Assembly (NCBI RefSeq): GCF_006345805.1
Contig: NW_021833757.1
Location: forward strand, 8,710 to 72,709
Length of the DNA stretch: 64,000 nucleotides
From: Octopus sinensis
Taxonomy: Eukaryota
Direction: 5' to 3'
Positions within the stretch are counted from its first letter, which is position 1; every line of letters starts with the position of its first letter. The notes under the pieces are model-generated. The model was given only the letters and a program-made list of their open reading frames with translations. It had not been told where the DNA came from and did no database searches. The translations under genes and the position numbers were made by a program. Shown in pieces: positions 37,996 to 50,400 of this stretch.

Positions 37996-39259
37996 ATTGA
38001 AGATCGAAATAACGACGCCCTCAGTAGTTTGGCTTTAAAAATGAAAGGAAGAACTGCCTGTACAGTTTGGATTTGTCGTTGAAGCCATAATCCTGTACAA
38101 ATTAATTTATTGGACATTTTCAAATTTTATTTTGAGTTTTTCGTGGTTTTAGTTCTATTAATTCTTATTGACATTCATCGTCAGAATTTAGATTATTTAA
38201 TTTCATTAGAAATTATTCCAATTTCAGAATATAGGCTAAGAATATTGAACCAAATTGCAGGAGACTCAAAAAAGGTTTTCACACCACAAATTTAATGCGA
38301 TTTGTTAACCGGGTTGAAAGGTATGATCCCCGAGTTACTCGTGGAGAGGACCTTTATGATTTTTGATTTAACAAATAAGATTTGTTCTGTTTCCCATAAC
38401 ATGATTACAATTATTATATACAAAATTTTGATAAGATGCAACTTTAATTTCAAAATTGTAAATTTGAAATTTTCAAGTGCAATTAGAAGTTTTTAATTGA
38501 CAAATTTCAAGTTCATAATTGACGTAAAAATGCTAAGACTGCGCGTTGACATGAATCTGCATATCCGTGCACTGGACGTCAGCCCTAAGAGGGTGTGGTT
38601 GATGGAATAAAACACCACAAATCACGAAAGGGAATAAACTATTAATATATCTTGTTTTGAGTTATACAAACTTTTATTTCAAAAATCGGCAAATAATAGA
38701 ATTTACCCAATAATAGAATAAGTAATTTGTAGTAAGAATTTGAACGTAAATATTATTAGAAATCTTCGATTGTCCACATTCAATTCACATGAATTAAGGT
38801 ACATACTAATTATTTAATAATTCAAAAATATAACAGAATAAATAAGGAGCTCAAAATACGCTACGTCGTCTGTAGTAAGGGAATCGAAATATAAAAATGT
38901 TTGTTTATGTTGAGATAGCGATAATTGAATGATTTAAATGAAATAAAAATATATATCCAAAAAGTATTAAATGGTTAAGATGAAAAAAAGATTAAATTAT
39001 TGTCGAAATATCACCAAATTAATTACAAAATGTCGAATATTATACGAAATTATGTAATTCAACAATATATTTAACCAATTTTAATACAAATATTAACTAT
39101 TAATGAAAAAAATATAATTTGACTAAAAAATTAAAACAACAAAATACATTATGCAGTAACGTGCTATCTAAACATCAGAATTTTAAAATTAAATAAGTAT
39201 ACTAAAACGAATTTTTAATTATAATATAATTAATTTTTTTTTGAATGTATAAATAATAA

Positions 39260-39570
39260 TCTGTCCCCTCTCCTGCCGCCGGAGCGCAGGCCGCTAGCCT
39301 CGCTACGGAGCAATCAACGACGTAATCTCAAAAGCATTCAATGCTGCTGGCTTCCCCAATGTGCTAATATCCGCTGGATTGAACAGAGGAGACGGCAAAC
39401 GGCCGAATGGGGTGACTACCTCCCCATTCCGAAATGGCAATTACCTCATCTGGGATGCCACGTGTTTAGACACGTGGTCCCCATCCGCCATATTGTCATC
39501 TGCATATTCTTCCAGCTCGGCCGTTGCTTTGGCGGAAGCCCCGCAAAGTCAAAAGTACAAGAATTTTGCC
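39260..39570 (+). mobile_element. CRE-like 3' fragment
   Basis: PLSCRRSAGR, GDGKRPNG, IWDATC motifs. Confidence 0.85.
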
Positions 39571-39689
39571 TTGACTGTTCAAAAAGTTAAAGACAAAGTA
39601 TTGTGGCTGATAAAATTGCAGGAGTAATTAATTAATGTGTTTATTGCCAGGTAAATTTTAATTCTATAATGCTAGACTAAAAAATTAAT

Positions 39690-40050
39690 GGCGACTAAGC
39701 CGAAAATAACGTAAATCATCGCACGTAGGGCTAGAGATAGATGTCTCGCAGATCTCATTGATCTTTGCAGATATTCTGAATTTAACGATAAATTCTCTTG
39801 GGTATTTTGGATGAAATTATTAATTTAAAGATTTTTGTAATAGTTGATTCCTTTTCAAAATATGTAGTCGAATTATCAAATTTGAAATTAGCGGTAATAA
39901 TGTAGCTAATCTTTTCCAAAATGTTTTTTATTATATCGGACCACTAATCATCCTCCATACAGAAAATGGTAAATAATTTTGTAATTCTTAAATCTACGAA
40001 GTCTGTGAAAAATATTTAATCGAGCATTGCGTAATAGGTCAAGTAGAGAG
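39690..40050 (+). mobile_element. Ginger-like integrase debris
   Basis: RARDRCLADLIDL, VDSFSKY, ILHTENG motifs. Confidence 0.6.
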
Positions 40051-40169
40051 GTTACCAGTTGACTTTAATTTATAAAGGTTCAACCAAAGCATAAAAGGGG
40101 GATATCTTCAGCAAGTGTCTTTCGTGGATATTTTGGCCGATATTGTTTATGATTACAATAATACCATAC

Positions 40170-40591
40170 GCTTAAAACCGGAAAAGTTTCGTTCCGAAGA
40201 GGCGACATAAGTCGAGATGCAAGCATCTTACGACTTCATTGTGTCTCTTCGTGTACTCACAATTCAATATTCTGTTGCATCGTGTAGCGAGGTGGTCGAC
40301 TGACTTCTTAGCCAGTTTGTAGTGAGGACAATATACATCTAGTTCTGACCAGAACAGATTTTTATCTTGCAGTAAGCAATATAGACCCTCACTCCTTGGG
40401 CTTATATTGTCTTTCTGCAACCACAAAGAGGATTCTTTAATATCGGAATGAATGTTTTTGTTGCATTTGTAAAGTGATGAATGTAAACTTTTCGTTTCGA
40501 TTATATCAATGAAGTATTTGAGTTGAATTTCCTTTAAATTTTTTTACGTTGATTTCATTGTTATATTTGGTGTATTTATGCTTTAAGTAGT
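40170..40591 (-). mobile_element. R4/Dong-like internal fragment
   Basis: SPRSEG..LLQD, VDHLATRC, KRHNEV motifs. Confidence 0.88.
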
Positions 40592-40611
40592 CTAACCCTA
40601 ACCCTAACCCT
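40592..40611 (+). repeat. Interstitial telomere-type repeat (TAACCC)3
   Basis: CTAACCCTAACCCTAACCCT, a perfect 20 nt, at the truncation point of the R4-like fragment. Confidence 0.75.
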
Positions 40612-41239
40612 CATTCACAGCAATGATTTTTATAGGAGCTATGTTGCTGGTGTGCTCCTCACTAGTAGGACCTGTTGCAGCATCTCAGGTTCCAAACGGT
40701 GAATCCAGCTGACTCGTCTGCGAACCAAAATTTTTTGACTAAAGGACCCGGACTTCTGCAACGTTATTTGGGTTTTTAAGCATTCGGCGATTTCGACAGG
40801 AGGTTAAACCTATTGATCTTTCTCTGGATTCCTTTCCTGTTTCATCTGTACCGAGTTTCTTTTCGGGATCTTTGTTAATGAAGTCTTTTCCAGTCTCTAT
40901 GTTTCTGAGTTTCTTTCCAAACTTGTTGACTTTTACCTTGAAATAATCATCGTATTACTGACGCAAGTCAATTGATGTTATTTAATTTTTTCATTCTTTT
41001 CATAAGTGTCTTCTTTGTGGTTTCATAGTCCATTTGAACTTTGATCATATTATGCGAGAGGATTTCAGTTCTGGAAAGCAACGTCTTTGACAGGGAAATC
41101 ACACATTTCACGCGCCAAATGAGAGACCTACCTTTCCTGTCATCCCTTCGGAACATTTTTTCATTATCTCTAAAAAGACTAACCGGTTCCAAGATAGACG
41201 GGAATCCCGCGGAATCGAATGCCCTCTTAATGACTTCAT

Positions 41240-42376
41240 CTTTAATAAAAAATACCAAAAATTGATACTTCTTCAGATTAATCAAATCCATCTGGAATCT
41301 TTCATTTGGACCAGTGATTCTCAAGTGTGCGGTCTTTGGATTCAATTATGTCCCGTTGTAAACTTTTAGTTTGTCTTTTTTAATATAAATAAATTTTATT
41401 TTTATTCTACTTTGTATTAATTTTTTTGTTTAATTGGATTCAGAAAGAATATTTCGTGATGCAGTTTCTTTTAATGATTAATTTTTTTTTTAAATAATAG
41501 TTTGTTAAACAAGAAAGAAATTAAAGATAGCTAAGTTAATTAAAGGCCTCACGAGACACCCGATAGCCTCGCGAATGGCGAAGCCGTTCCCTCGGATCAC
41601 AGCAATCGACAGACGTTCCAGGAGCCAAGAAAACTCTCTTGGATCGTGACTAGTCCTTGAAATCAGTCGACCGAGCGAGCGAAGGAAGCGGAGTGTCTTG
41701 GGGCCGAAGATCCCGGAGGACTCCACGGCAATTGGAGTAAAGAGCAGCGAGTTGGAGAGGTGGCCGTACTTGAGAATCTTTCGCTCCTCGGCCTGCCTCG
41801 AAGCGTGCCCAGGATTGGCGGCGGACAGAGCGAGATTTCCCAGCGAGAACGTGTCCGAACAGGTAGAATCCCAAATAAGGGATTTCCCCTGCTCGTATGG
41901 GAAGGTGGACATGCCGTCAGGCGTTTGCCATCCCCTCTATCCAATCCAACAGGTTCAAGGATTGACGGGATGCCTGCTAAAGCGAGGGCTCTCTGTATGA
42001 CTGAGTTGAGTTCATTGTGATGGGGGGCACGACCGGCACTCCGCCGGCAAGCGAGGGGATGCAAACCGTACTCGTCAACAGTTCCCCCACAACGGCATTT
42101 GTGCGTCTGGCAGATTTTCAGCCCGACACGGAGGGAGATTGCAATTCTTAGGCACTGATTAATTTATCTGAAATTTCATCATTTTTGAAATATTTTTTGA
42201 TTTTATTTCTCTAATCTGCTTTCTTCACTTTTGAAATTTTTCGATTTTATTTTTTTAATCTTCTTTTTTTAATTTGTTTGAAATTTAATTTAGTTGATTG
42301 ATTATTCCATGGAGTGATATTATATATGCAGGTATAATATAAGAAAATCCTCCCGTAAATCGGTCAGTCCGTGCTG
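41240..42376 (-). mobile_element. Ginger-like element 5' part, host of a CRE insertion
   Basis: HLRITGPNERFQMDLI motif; the flanks of the insertion align with uninterrupted sequence at ~12420..12530. Confidence 0.6.
41485..42155 (-). mobile_element. 5'-truncated CRE-like insertion
   Basis: [21 protein letters not shown] motifs; A tail; ~10-bp TSD TGATTAATTT (41475..41484 and 42156..42165). Confidence 0.9.
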
Positions 42377-42769
42377 TTTCTTTAATCGCATTTGGGCTAC
42401 TCTTATAGCCTCACTCTGGGTTGTAAATATTTCGGAGTAATTGGAAATCATTATAAAAGAAAATACTGGATGTTTATTCAATTTAATACCGTGCTTTCTC
42501 CGGACCCAATTTTTGCAACTTATCTTGTATAGGTTACAATAGTGTATAAATCTATTTCAAACGTATAGATTCCTCCATTGTAAACATGTACAAGAATTAC
42601 GATCGATAATTGTTCTAGGAGTATAAAATTTGATAATATTCCGTTTATAAAATTATTCAAATCATCGGGTTCCTATTACAAGACAGTCTAGAAAACAAAT
42701 CAATTCAAAAAGTACGAAAAATAACGACAAATTTCTTGTTCCAGGAAATAAAACATTCATGTTTTCAGA

Positions 42770-43040
42770 AAAACCAATGAACCAATTTTTGCTTCAAGCG
42801 AAATGTCAGCGTCCACTTGTTTGAGTAAATCGATATTTATTATCTTGTATGTTCAAAAAATTCTCAGTAACCTCCTCCAGCACCAAAGTTCAAAATCATC
42901 AATTTTTTGTTTACTGCATTTTGTCTTTAAGAAATATCCTTGTTTTCCATATACTGTTTATATTTAGGATAGCACTCGCCAAATGATAATTTGCTTCTTG
43001 ATTTCCAAACTTCTGTCAGCATTCCAATTAATTAGGCATC
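42770..43040 (-). mobile_element. RTE/BovB-like 3' fragment
   Basis: KIDDFELWCWRRLLRI motif. Confidence 0.7.
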
Positions 43041-43258
43041 TAGGGAGACAACGTTCTAGTGAAACGAAAAATATTCAATTTTACCTGAAATTCAGACATT
43101 TCCCGCTATTTTTATTGATTAAAAAACCCTAAATATGTAACGAATTAAAATTTCATCAGCCATTTGCTAGACACGTGAACCAGCGCAATATAACAACTAT
43201 AAAAGCCTTGTCCTTAATATTAGTCGAAAATGTTATTCGGTCGTATATAGCAAACCTC

Positions 43259-43907
43259 ATGGTTTATCGAGATGTAATCGTGGCTGCAAATTACCTTTTC
43301 TTAATGAACAAGTTCATAAATCGTCGATTGGATTCCTATTTTTGTAATAACAATTTTGTTCATCCAAATATCTCAAACAAGGTAGAACAAATTATTTTTA
43401 CTTCCAGACTGAGAAATGTCCACAGTCTAATAACAACTTCAGCATAGAGAGCATTTTGGGAACTAATTCTACCATTCCCTCCGTCTACTCTTCCAACAGT
43501 GACCCACTCAATCTCCTCTTTTTGGCTTCTACTGAACCCAAAATAGTCAACCAAGGAAACCAGAGTATAGAAAAAACTCAGGAAAAAAATATAAGAGTTC
43601 GAAAATTTGTTTGCAACTACGAAAACTGCGGAAAAGCCTATTTCAAGAATTCTCACTTAAAGACTCATTATCGGAAGCACACGGGTAAAAAGCATAAATA
43701 ACCATAATAGGTGAGAAACCATACAAATGCAATTTTGAAAATTGTAGCAGATGTTTCTCGCGGTCAGATGAACTGGGGAGACACCGACGCATGCACACGG
43801 GAGAAAGGAACTATACATGCCCTTACTGCCAGCGGAAATACATTCGCTCTGACCATCTATCCAAACACGTTCAAAACAAACACATTAAAAACAAAAAAAA
43901 TAAATAA
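43259..43907 (+). CDS. KLF: Kruppel-like factor (KLF9/13-like), 3 C2H2 fingers, 198 aa; exons 43259..43381, 43408..43684, 43711..43907
   Basis: Two 26-nt GT-AG introns give an open frame containing CGKAYFKNSHLKTH, TGEKPY, RSDELGRH and RSDHLSKH. The start codon is inferred. Confidence 0.9.
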
Positions 43908-44429
43908 AAACTTTTCAATATTCCATTTATAAATAATTTTTAAATTTTTTGATAATTTTCATCACGTGAACTCTGATTTGAGCACCTGAAAATTCTTGGG
44001 CGGGGATGTGGTTAATAGGTTGATATAGTATTCAAATTAATTTATAAAAATCGTGATGTACACGTGTAATACGTGGTTTAGATAAATTGTACTTGAAAGG
44101 GTGACCCAAATAGTTTGAGATTCAATTGAATAATTTATTATAAGAAAAGGTTTGACGCATTTTTAATTGAAAAATAATTTCTCCCAACAAATTCAATATC
44201 ATTATAGTCTCAATCCTCAGATTTTACAAAAACATAACAATTGGGATTAAAAAACCAACTAATTGATTAATTGTACAAAAAATAAAATCAAACATATTTT
44301 TGAAGACCAAACCATCTCCAGTCACAAGTGTATAAATAAATTTATGTGTAATTGAGCACTTTAATCAGACATTGACACGAGGTATGGGGAAACTCATGGA
44401 AATAACAATTAAAAACAATTTTTTGACTA

Positions 44430-44560
44430 AGTAATTTTTTATGATACGACAAATCACTTGGCAATCTTTTTTCAACAAGGTTTTTTAACATCTGCTCCTA
44501 CTACATATTAAATATTTTCAATTGGATTAGCCATTGGACTGTATGGAGCCAATTTTCTTA
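44430..44560 (-). mobile_element. Tc1/IS630-like transposase scrap
   Basis: LAPYSPMANPIEN motif. Confidence 0.55.
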
Positions 44561-44599
44561 AATTTATGAATCTTAAATTCTTCTTTTAATAAAATTTCT

Positions 44600-45110
44600 T
44601 CAATACGAGATTTGCAGGGGTGTTATACAAGTAAAAATTCGACCACTCTTCTGTAGATATTGCTTGTCAAAAGAAGATTCGAGGGATTTATGTAGAATCT
44701 CCAAGACAGCCTTCGGTAGCATGAGTGAGAAGATGTGAAAGCCGGGGGGCGGGGAAGTTTTAGGGCAGATCTTAGGCCATCTCTGCCAGTACATTGTCCA
44801 GTATCATTATTGAACCAAATGTTTTGGATCGTCTCAACACACAATTTTAACGTATTATCAATAGAATGCACTATTTCATTTTGACACTCTTAGTCCGGAG
44901 GTGGTTTTGCAATTCGGACTCCCCAAAAGTACACCTGAAAAAATAAACATTATTGAGGTGTGTTTGTTTTCTGCCTGCCAAGATTCCTAAAATATTCTCT
45001 ATTCTAAGCAAGTCTTGTATTGGGACTGAGATATTCTTGATCTCAGTTTGTTGTGTTGACTATCAGTCCTATTGTTGAAAAGGCACTAACAATTTTAGAT
45101 AGCTCATCCA
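44600..45110 (-). mobile_element. Deleted, diverged copy of the 34655 CRE family
   Basis: Nucleotide similarity to 36200..36800 (FGESE.QNHLR.KSV, HSID.TL.LC). Confidence 0.8.
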
Positions 45111-46499
45111 TGTAATACATTTATATTTTAAGAAATGAGACAAAGTGCAGCTAGCAAGAATATTTAATCCCCTTCTAATGGCCTTTATATAACTCTCACA
45201 ATGTTCCTAGTTAGCAATAAACAACCAAACACTCAAATTTGATAGAATCTGTGCAGTGTTCTTTCAAAAGAGCCAAAAAATATAATTAAAAATCCTCAAA
45301 CTTTGTTTTTTTGAACAGGTAATGTATAATCTTCAATTGTTAGAATGTCTACACCAATAAAATAATATTTCGAGGCGACAGAAATTACAAGATCTCTACC
45401 GTGAGCCAAATTGAAATCGAACTGGCTTGGACACTGGATATAAGGTCGATTATAGGAACTACGTCTGAGATCTATCCAACTCTATCCCAGCAATTAAGAA
45501 TCGCATCAATAGTAGACCAATCTAATTTTATATTATTTTCAACTAAAAATGTTTTGTTGTAATTTTATGTCGTAAAATTTCAAATTTCACTGTTTCATTG
45601 TAACCAACCAATAAAATGCACTTTTTCAAACATTCTCATTGGGAATCCACTTCGAAGAGTCAATGCTAGTTTTAACATTTTATTTATTATTAAGACATTA
45701 GAATAATAATAAACAAACATTGGTTAATCTAAATTTTTTAATTAAAATAAAATAACTGTTCTAAATACAGCTTGTCACATTCATCGATTCCGTTGTGGAA
45801 AGCTATTTTTGCCATACGAAACCCACGGTATCTAGTGCTGCATGAGTGCCGGAAGAATCCTTCAGCAATTGTCTAGTAACGATTTTATCCAAAGAGCTCT
45901 CTGGTAGGTTGGTTTTCCATCAATACTGTATCCACTGGACCCGAAAGGTTGGCCGATGTCGGTTAATATTAATATATTAACAATTATATTTTCCATTCGT
46001 CTTGTTAACGTAAGTTTATCACCAATTCTCTACCAAGAAATATATAGCGGACCACTAGCTCTCCTTTGGGTATGGTTGGGGTAGTTAAACACCTTTACCG
46101 GGTGTTTGGTTCATTCCACAACGCCAGTCATGCTTACCATAATTGGTCCACTTGGTACTGTAATTTTACATGTGCCTACAATCAAGTGAGTCACATATCT
46201 CAAAGTTTGAGAATATTATGCACCCATTCTGAGCACAGATATCTAATCATTGGCTTTAACATATGAAACTTTTTTACGAACACCGCCTATCATGAGAGAA
46301 ATTTTTAAATCCAGGTAGTTTCACTATTTCGCGTGGTAATACAGTAATCTCCTTCTATTATGAATTACTTATACGCAAAGTATCAGTTATTGTAAATGTA
46401 CCGAATTTAATTCCCATAGTCTATAAATCTTTTACCAACTTACTTTTAATAATTTTCGTTAAAAAATCCACTTACATTATTAACATTCGTTTCGCAGAA

Positions 46500-46900
46500 A
46501 AAAAAATCTGCTTCTAAACTTGCAAAGCATTTCAATTCTTTGATTGGAAATTTTTTCAAAAAGAACCATCGGCACTAATCAGAAAGACAAAGAAATATAT
46601 TCAAAAGTGTGCCAAAAAACCTATATTTGTCCAAAAAATAAAAATGTTTTGTTCTATCCAAAAAATTATTGCAGTATTCGCAAAATCATGGAAGTCGACT
46701 ATTTTTACGGACGAATGCTGTTTTGAAATCTTTGTTTATTTGATTAACCAATGTTTGTTTATTAAAAAAATTATGCTATTGAAAAATAATACACGTCTAA
46801 AAATCGCATTTATCTCCAATTGTAAAATTTGGAGGAGTGAGACTTATGCCGTGGGGTTGTTTCAGCTATTACGGACTACGAAATTTAGCAATTCTAAACA
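46500..46900 (+). mobile_element. Tc1-like transposase debris
   Basis: WKSTIFTDE and WGCFSYYG motifs. Confidence 0.65.
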
Positions 46901-46994
46901 GTAAGATGAAGATCTAATAAGGAAACTCATCAAGAGCATCCCAAAAATATCCAGTGATGTTGTATTTGCAAAAAAAGATTAAATCTTTAAACAA

Positions 46995-48720
46995 TTTATT
47001 CAGATTTGCATTTGTCATAACTAGGGATGATAAAGTTAATAAAGTTAAATTTTAATATTTTAAATAAAAATTAAATAAAAACTGTTTTTATATTATTTTT
47101 AAACGTTCTATCTTTATATTTTAAAAAATTATAAAGTTAAAAAGTTAAAAAAATAAATCGTAAGGTTAAATTTTTTTAACTTTATTTTATTTAATTATTT
47201 CAACAAATTATTATTATACGATTAAATAAATATTAAACAGCGTGTAAATTACAAGTTTTTGTTGTATGCAGCGTACTTCTAAGTCTTATCTAACTAAAGC
47301 AAAATTAATTGTCAACGAATTCCCAAAGGAATTTCAGTTAAATAACAACGATGAATTGTTTTGTAAACTATGCTTAACAACATAAAGTGCTCGAAAAAGC
47401 ATTTTGTTAACCTCCACAGGATATCAAAGAAACATAAGACTTTAGTTGGTAAGGATTTTTCGATAATATATCTTTTTCATGTTAATTGCGTTACCCATAT
47501 TTTGCATAATTGTTCAATGGAGGTCAGAAAATCTTATCCAGAAGTTGATGATGTGATAGCTAGCGTGCATGCTTCTGTCAGGAAGAACCACAAGCGAAAA
47601 TTGTTGTTTTACGAAATTGGAATTCCTCCGAAAGTTGTGTTGACGAGATGGGGCACCTGGTTAAAGGCTGCATCTTTTTATTCAAGAAATTTAATCTCAG
47701 TGATTAACATTTTTGATTTGATTGAGGACGAAGGAATACTAGTGACTGCCACCAAAAATGCATTGAAAAGTGAAAAACTAGTAAAAAGCTTATGTGCAAT
47801 TTCGCATAACTATTCACATATTCCAGGTTTTTCATATAGTAATTAATCTCATAGAGAAAATATTACAACTTGAAAGTAACGAATGTACAATAGAATTTGC
47901 ATATTCGACGTTAAGTACACTTGACTTGTGGAATGATGAAGCAGGGATCAAAAAATATTTAGAGAAGAGAATTTTAGAGAGCGATATGACTAAAATTATT
48001 AATATGGATAATAAAAATATCTCTCCGGAAGATTATTCGTTACTTCAAAATTGTCAACCATCCTCGGCATCTATCGAACGATGCTTTTCGCAATTTAGGA
48101 GTTTTATGAGGGCATACAGAAACTTTGCTACACAAAATTTGGAAAATTATGTTATGTCCATTTTCAATAAATAGTCTTTAAAGTATTTTATTGTTTCTTA
48201 TTTATACTTTACAGGTTTAACCTGAGAATAAATAAAGTTTAATTTTTTTAATTTTAAGGTTAAAAATTTTGGTTTATAGGTTAATAAAGTTAACTTTTTA
48301 AGGTTAAATTTTTCAATTTTTAAGGTTAAAAAATGTTGGCCCTAGTCATAACACTTGTTCATCAATCTTCAAAAGAAGTATGCAACAACTTAAGATCGCT
48401 TTTCTAGACCTTGCAAAATTTTGCAATCAGATAATACTTCAGAATTCAAAAATGTGTCTCTGAGAAATCCAAGCGAAGAGTTCAACGTAGTTCAGATACA
48501 TGGAAGACCAAAAAATTCGCCTACACAGTGGATTGTAGAACTTGTTAAACAAATGATCACCCGAAAACTTTCCAAAATTATGTAAACAGGTAAAAAAGTG
48601 ACTATGGATTTTGAAAAATGGAGTGTACTATTATAACAAGGCTGTACACTCATTTTCAAAATAGAGACCTTTCGAAAGATATCGTGCGGAATAAACACTG
48701 TTGTTGCAGATTATAAATTT
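46995..48720 (+). mobile_element. Ginger-like integrase debris split by hAT
   Basis: RFAFVIT|LV joins across the TSD; KILQSDN.SEFKN and HGRP motifs downstream. Confidence 0.6.
47022..48344 (+). mobile_element. Complete-ended, internally deleted hAT transposon
   Basis: TAGGG...CCCTA termini, 8-bp TSD GTCATAAC (47014..47021 and 48345..48352), A(A/G)GTTAA subterminal arrays, CVTH, TRWGTW and SSASIERCFS motifs. Confidence 0.93.
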
Positions 48721-48859
48721 CAAATTGTGTTTTTAAAAAATATTAAAAATTAGAAATTTGTTGGAATCAAGACTCATTTGATAATTCAAGTATTTTAACT
48801 TTTTTTTGGTTGAGGTGGTGACGTGGCTCTCTTGCACGATGTCTAAGACACACAATACA

Positions 48860-50400
48860 ACTGAATGGGCCTATCTTTCAATGTTCGGGGTCTTTGCCAG
48901 ACATGGAAAAAGAAAGCGCTTTTCAATGACATGGAGAAGTATCGTGCTGACTTCGGATGCATACAAGAGACCAAACTAAAGTCGGGACTTAACATACGGA
49001 AACTACTGAATGATCTTGCTACCCTCTGCCCAGAAACCTTCATTGGACGACATGGAAGAGGATATAGAAACCTGCCAGGAACCATATTAGCCAACTTCTG
49101 CAAAACGCTTGGACTTTTCTTATGCAACAAGTCTTTTGACCACCCTGCTCGGCATAAATTCACCTGGACGGGAAGGCGACGTGACAAAAATGGGAACTGC
49201 GTGCCTATTTATAACCAAATTGACTACATCATTTGCCGACAAAAAGATGCATGTCTCCTATTGGACTCTCACTCTTATGGTGGATCACTCGTCAGCAGAT
49301 TCAGTCTGCAGAAATCATACTTGCTGAAAAAATCAAATCATCGAATGACTCATACACCGGGCTGACGGAAAAACTGGTCTTCTCACCATCGACCCGAAAC
49401 ATCTACAAATCATCGATTGAATAATCACTCAAAAATATGAAGCCTGGACTAATCCCGACTGCAGCTTGGAAAGCTATGTCTAGTGGCATCCATTAGGCCG
49501 CAGATAAATGTGTTGGAAAACATACAAAGAACACTACCAGACTGTTCTATCCGGATGTTTTCTCCCTATCGGCTGAACAAAATGAGCTCATGTTGACGAT
49601 TGAGAACACAAACATGCACTGAAAGCCCGACGAGCAATTATTTAGAAACAAATAAAGCGATTGAACAACGATAAACAAGAGACACGGCCGTATTCAATCG
49701 CTTATTTGTTGGAACCTCGACTAGGAGCTGGAATCTTCAAGGACAATGCACGAATGTTTCACATTACGGCTGCTAAACAAAGAAAAGCAGTCTAAACTTC
49801 TACTCCTAACCAACAAAGGAACTAAAGTATCTGACCCAGTGGAACAGGTAAGCCTTATAGCGGATTTCTTTGAACACGATTAAACAAGAACACGGAGACG
49901 ATATCACCTTTCTCTGCCCCAACACGACCTCTGAGGTGACTCCCTTTCACCACTGTTCTTCGTGATTTACCTCGAAGCTGCCCTAAGAGAGCTGAGAAGC
50001 GTGGAGTCAATCACCGAAATTATCTACGCGAATGATGTCGACTTGGTGTCGAGCGACAGATCAGCACTGGCTAGACTGCTGGAGATTGCATCAGGAAAAC
50101 TCGGGGAATGGTTTCTAAAAATGAACCCGGACAAGACGGAAGTGGTTGAGATATCACGCTCAGACACTCAACTTATGGAGACTGTCCAAGAAGCTTGGCT
50201 CACCCCACCGATTGTTCTGCAAGACGACTTGAGGCTTTTAAAGAAAACCCTGAAGACCTGTGATGATCTCGACCAACTCCGGATACTGACCCAAAACCGC
50301 GGAAGCTGGAAATCGTTGGTACAGAAGGTCGTGTGTGGCACGTGTAGGAATATAACTCTTTCTGTTGATGTCCCTACGGAATGTGCTAAAATAATAATAA
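48860..50400 (+). mobile_element. RTE-like LINE, heavily deleted (APE + RT remnants)
   Basis: FNVRGL, IQETK, NQIDYI, YANDVD, LKMNPDKTE motifs; (TAA)3 near 50392. Confidence 0.8.

Larger units (their letters stand above)
30535..38635 (+). repeat. Copy 2 of triplicated cassette
   Basis: Reverse complement matches 1..4685 and 62551..64000. True limits may extend further because both partner copies leave the window. Confidence 0.95.

Noticed and set aside
45780-46480. Possible minus-strand host-gene remnant
   Set aside because: Coding-like composition, but multiple stops and no motif I could identify.
47030-48335. Short interspersed repeats as a CRISPR-like array
   Set aside because: Irregular 7-8-nt motifs inside hAT ends, with no repeat-spacer periodicity and no cas genes.
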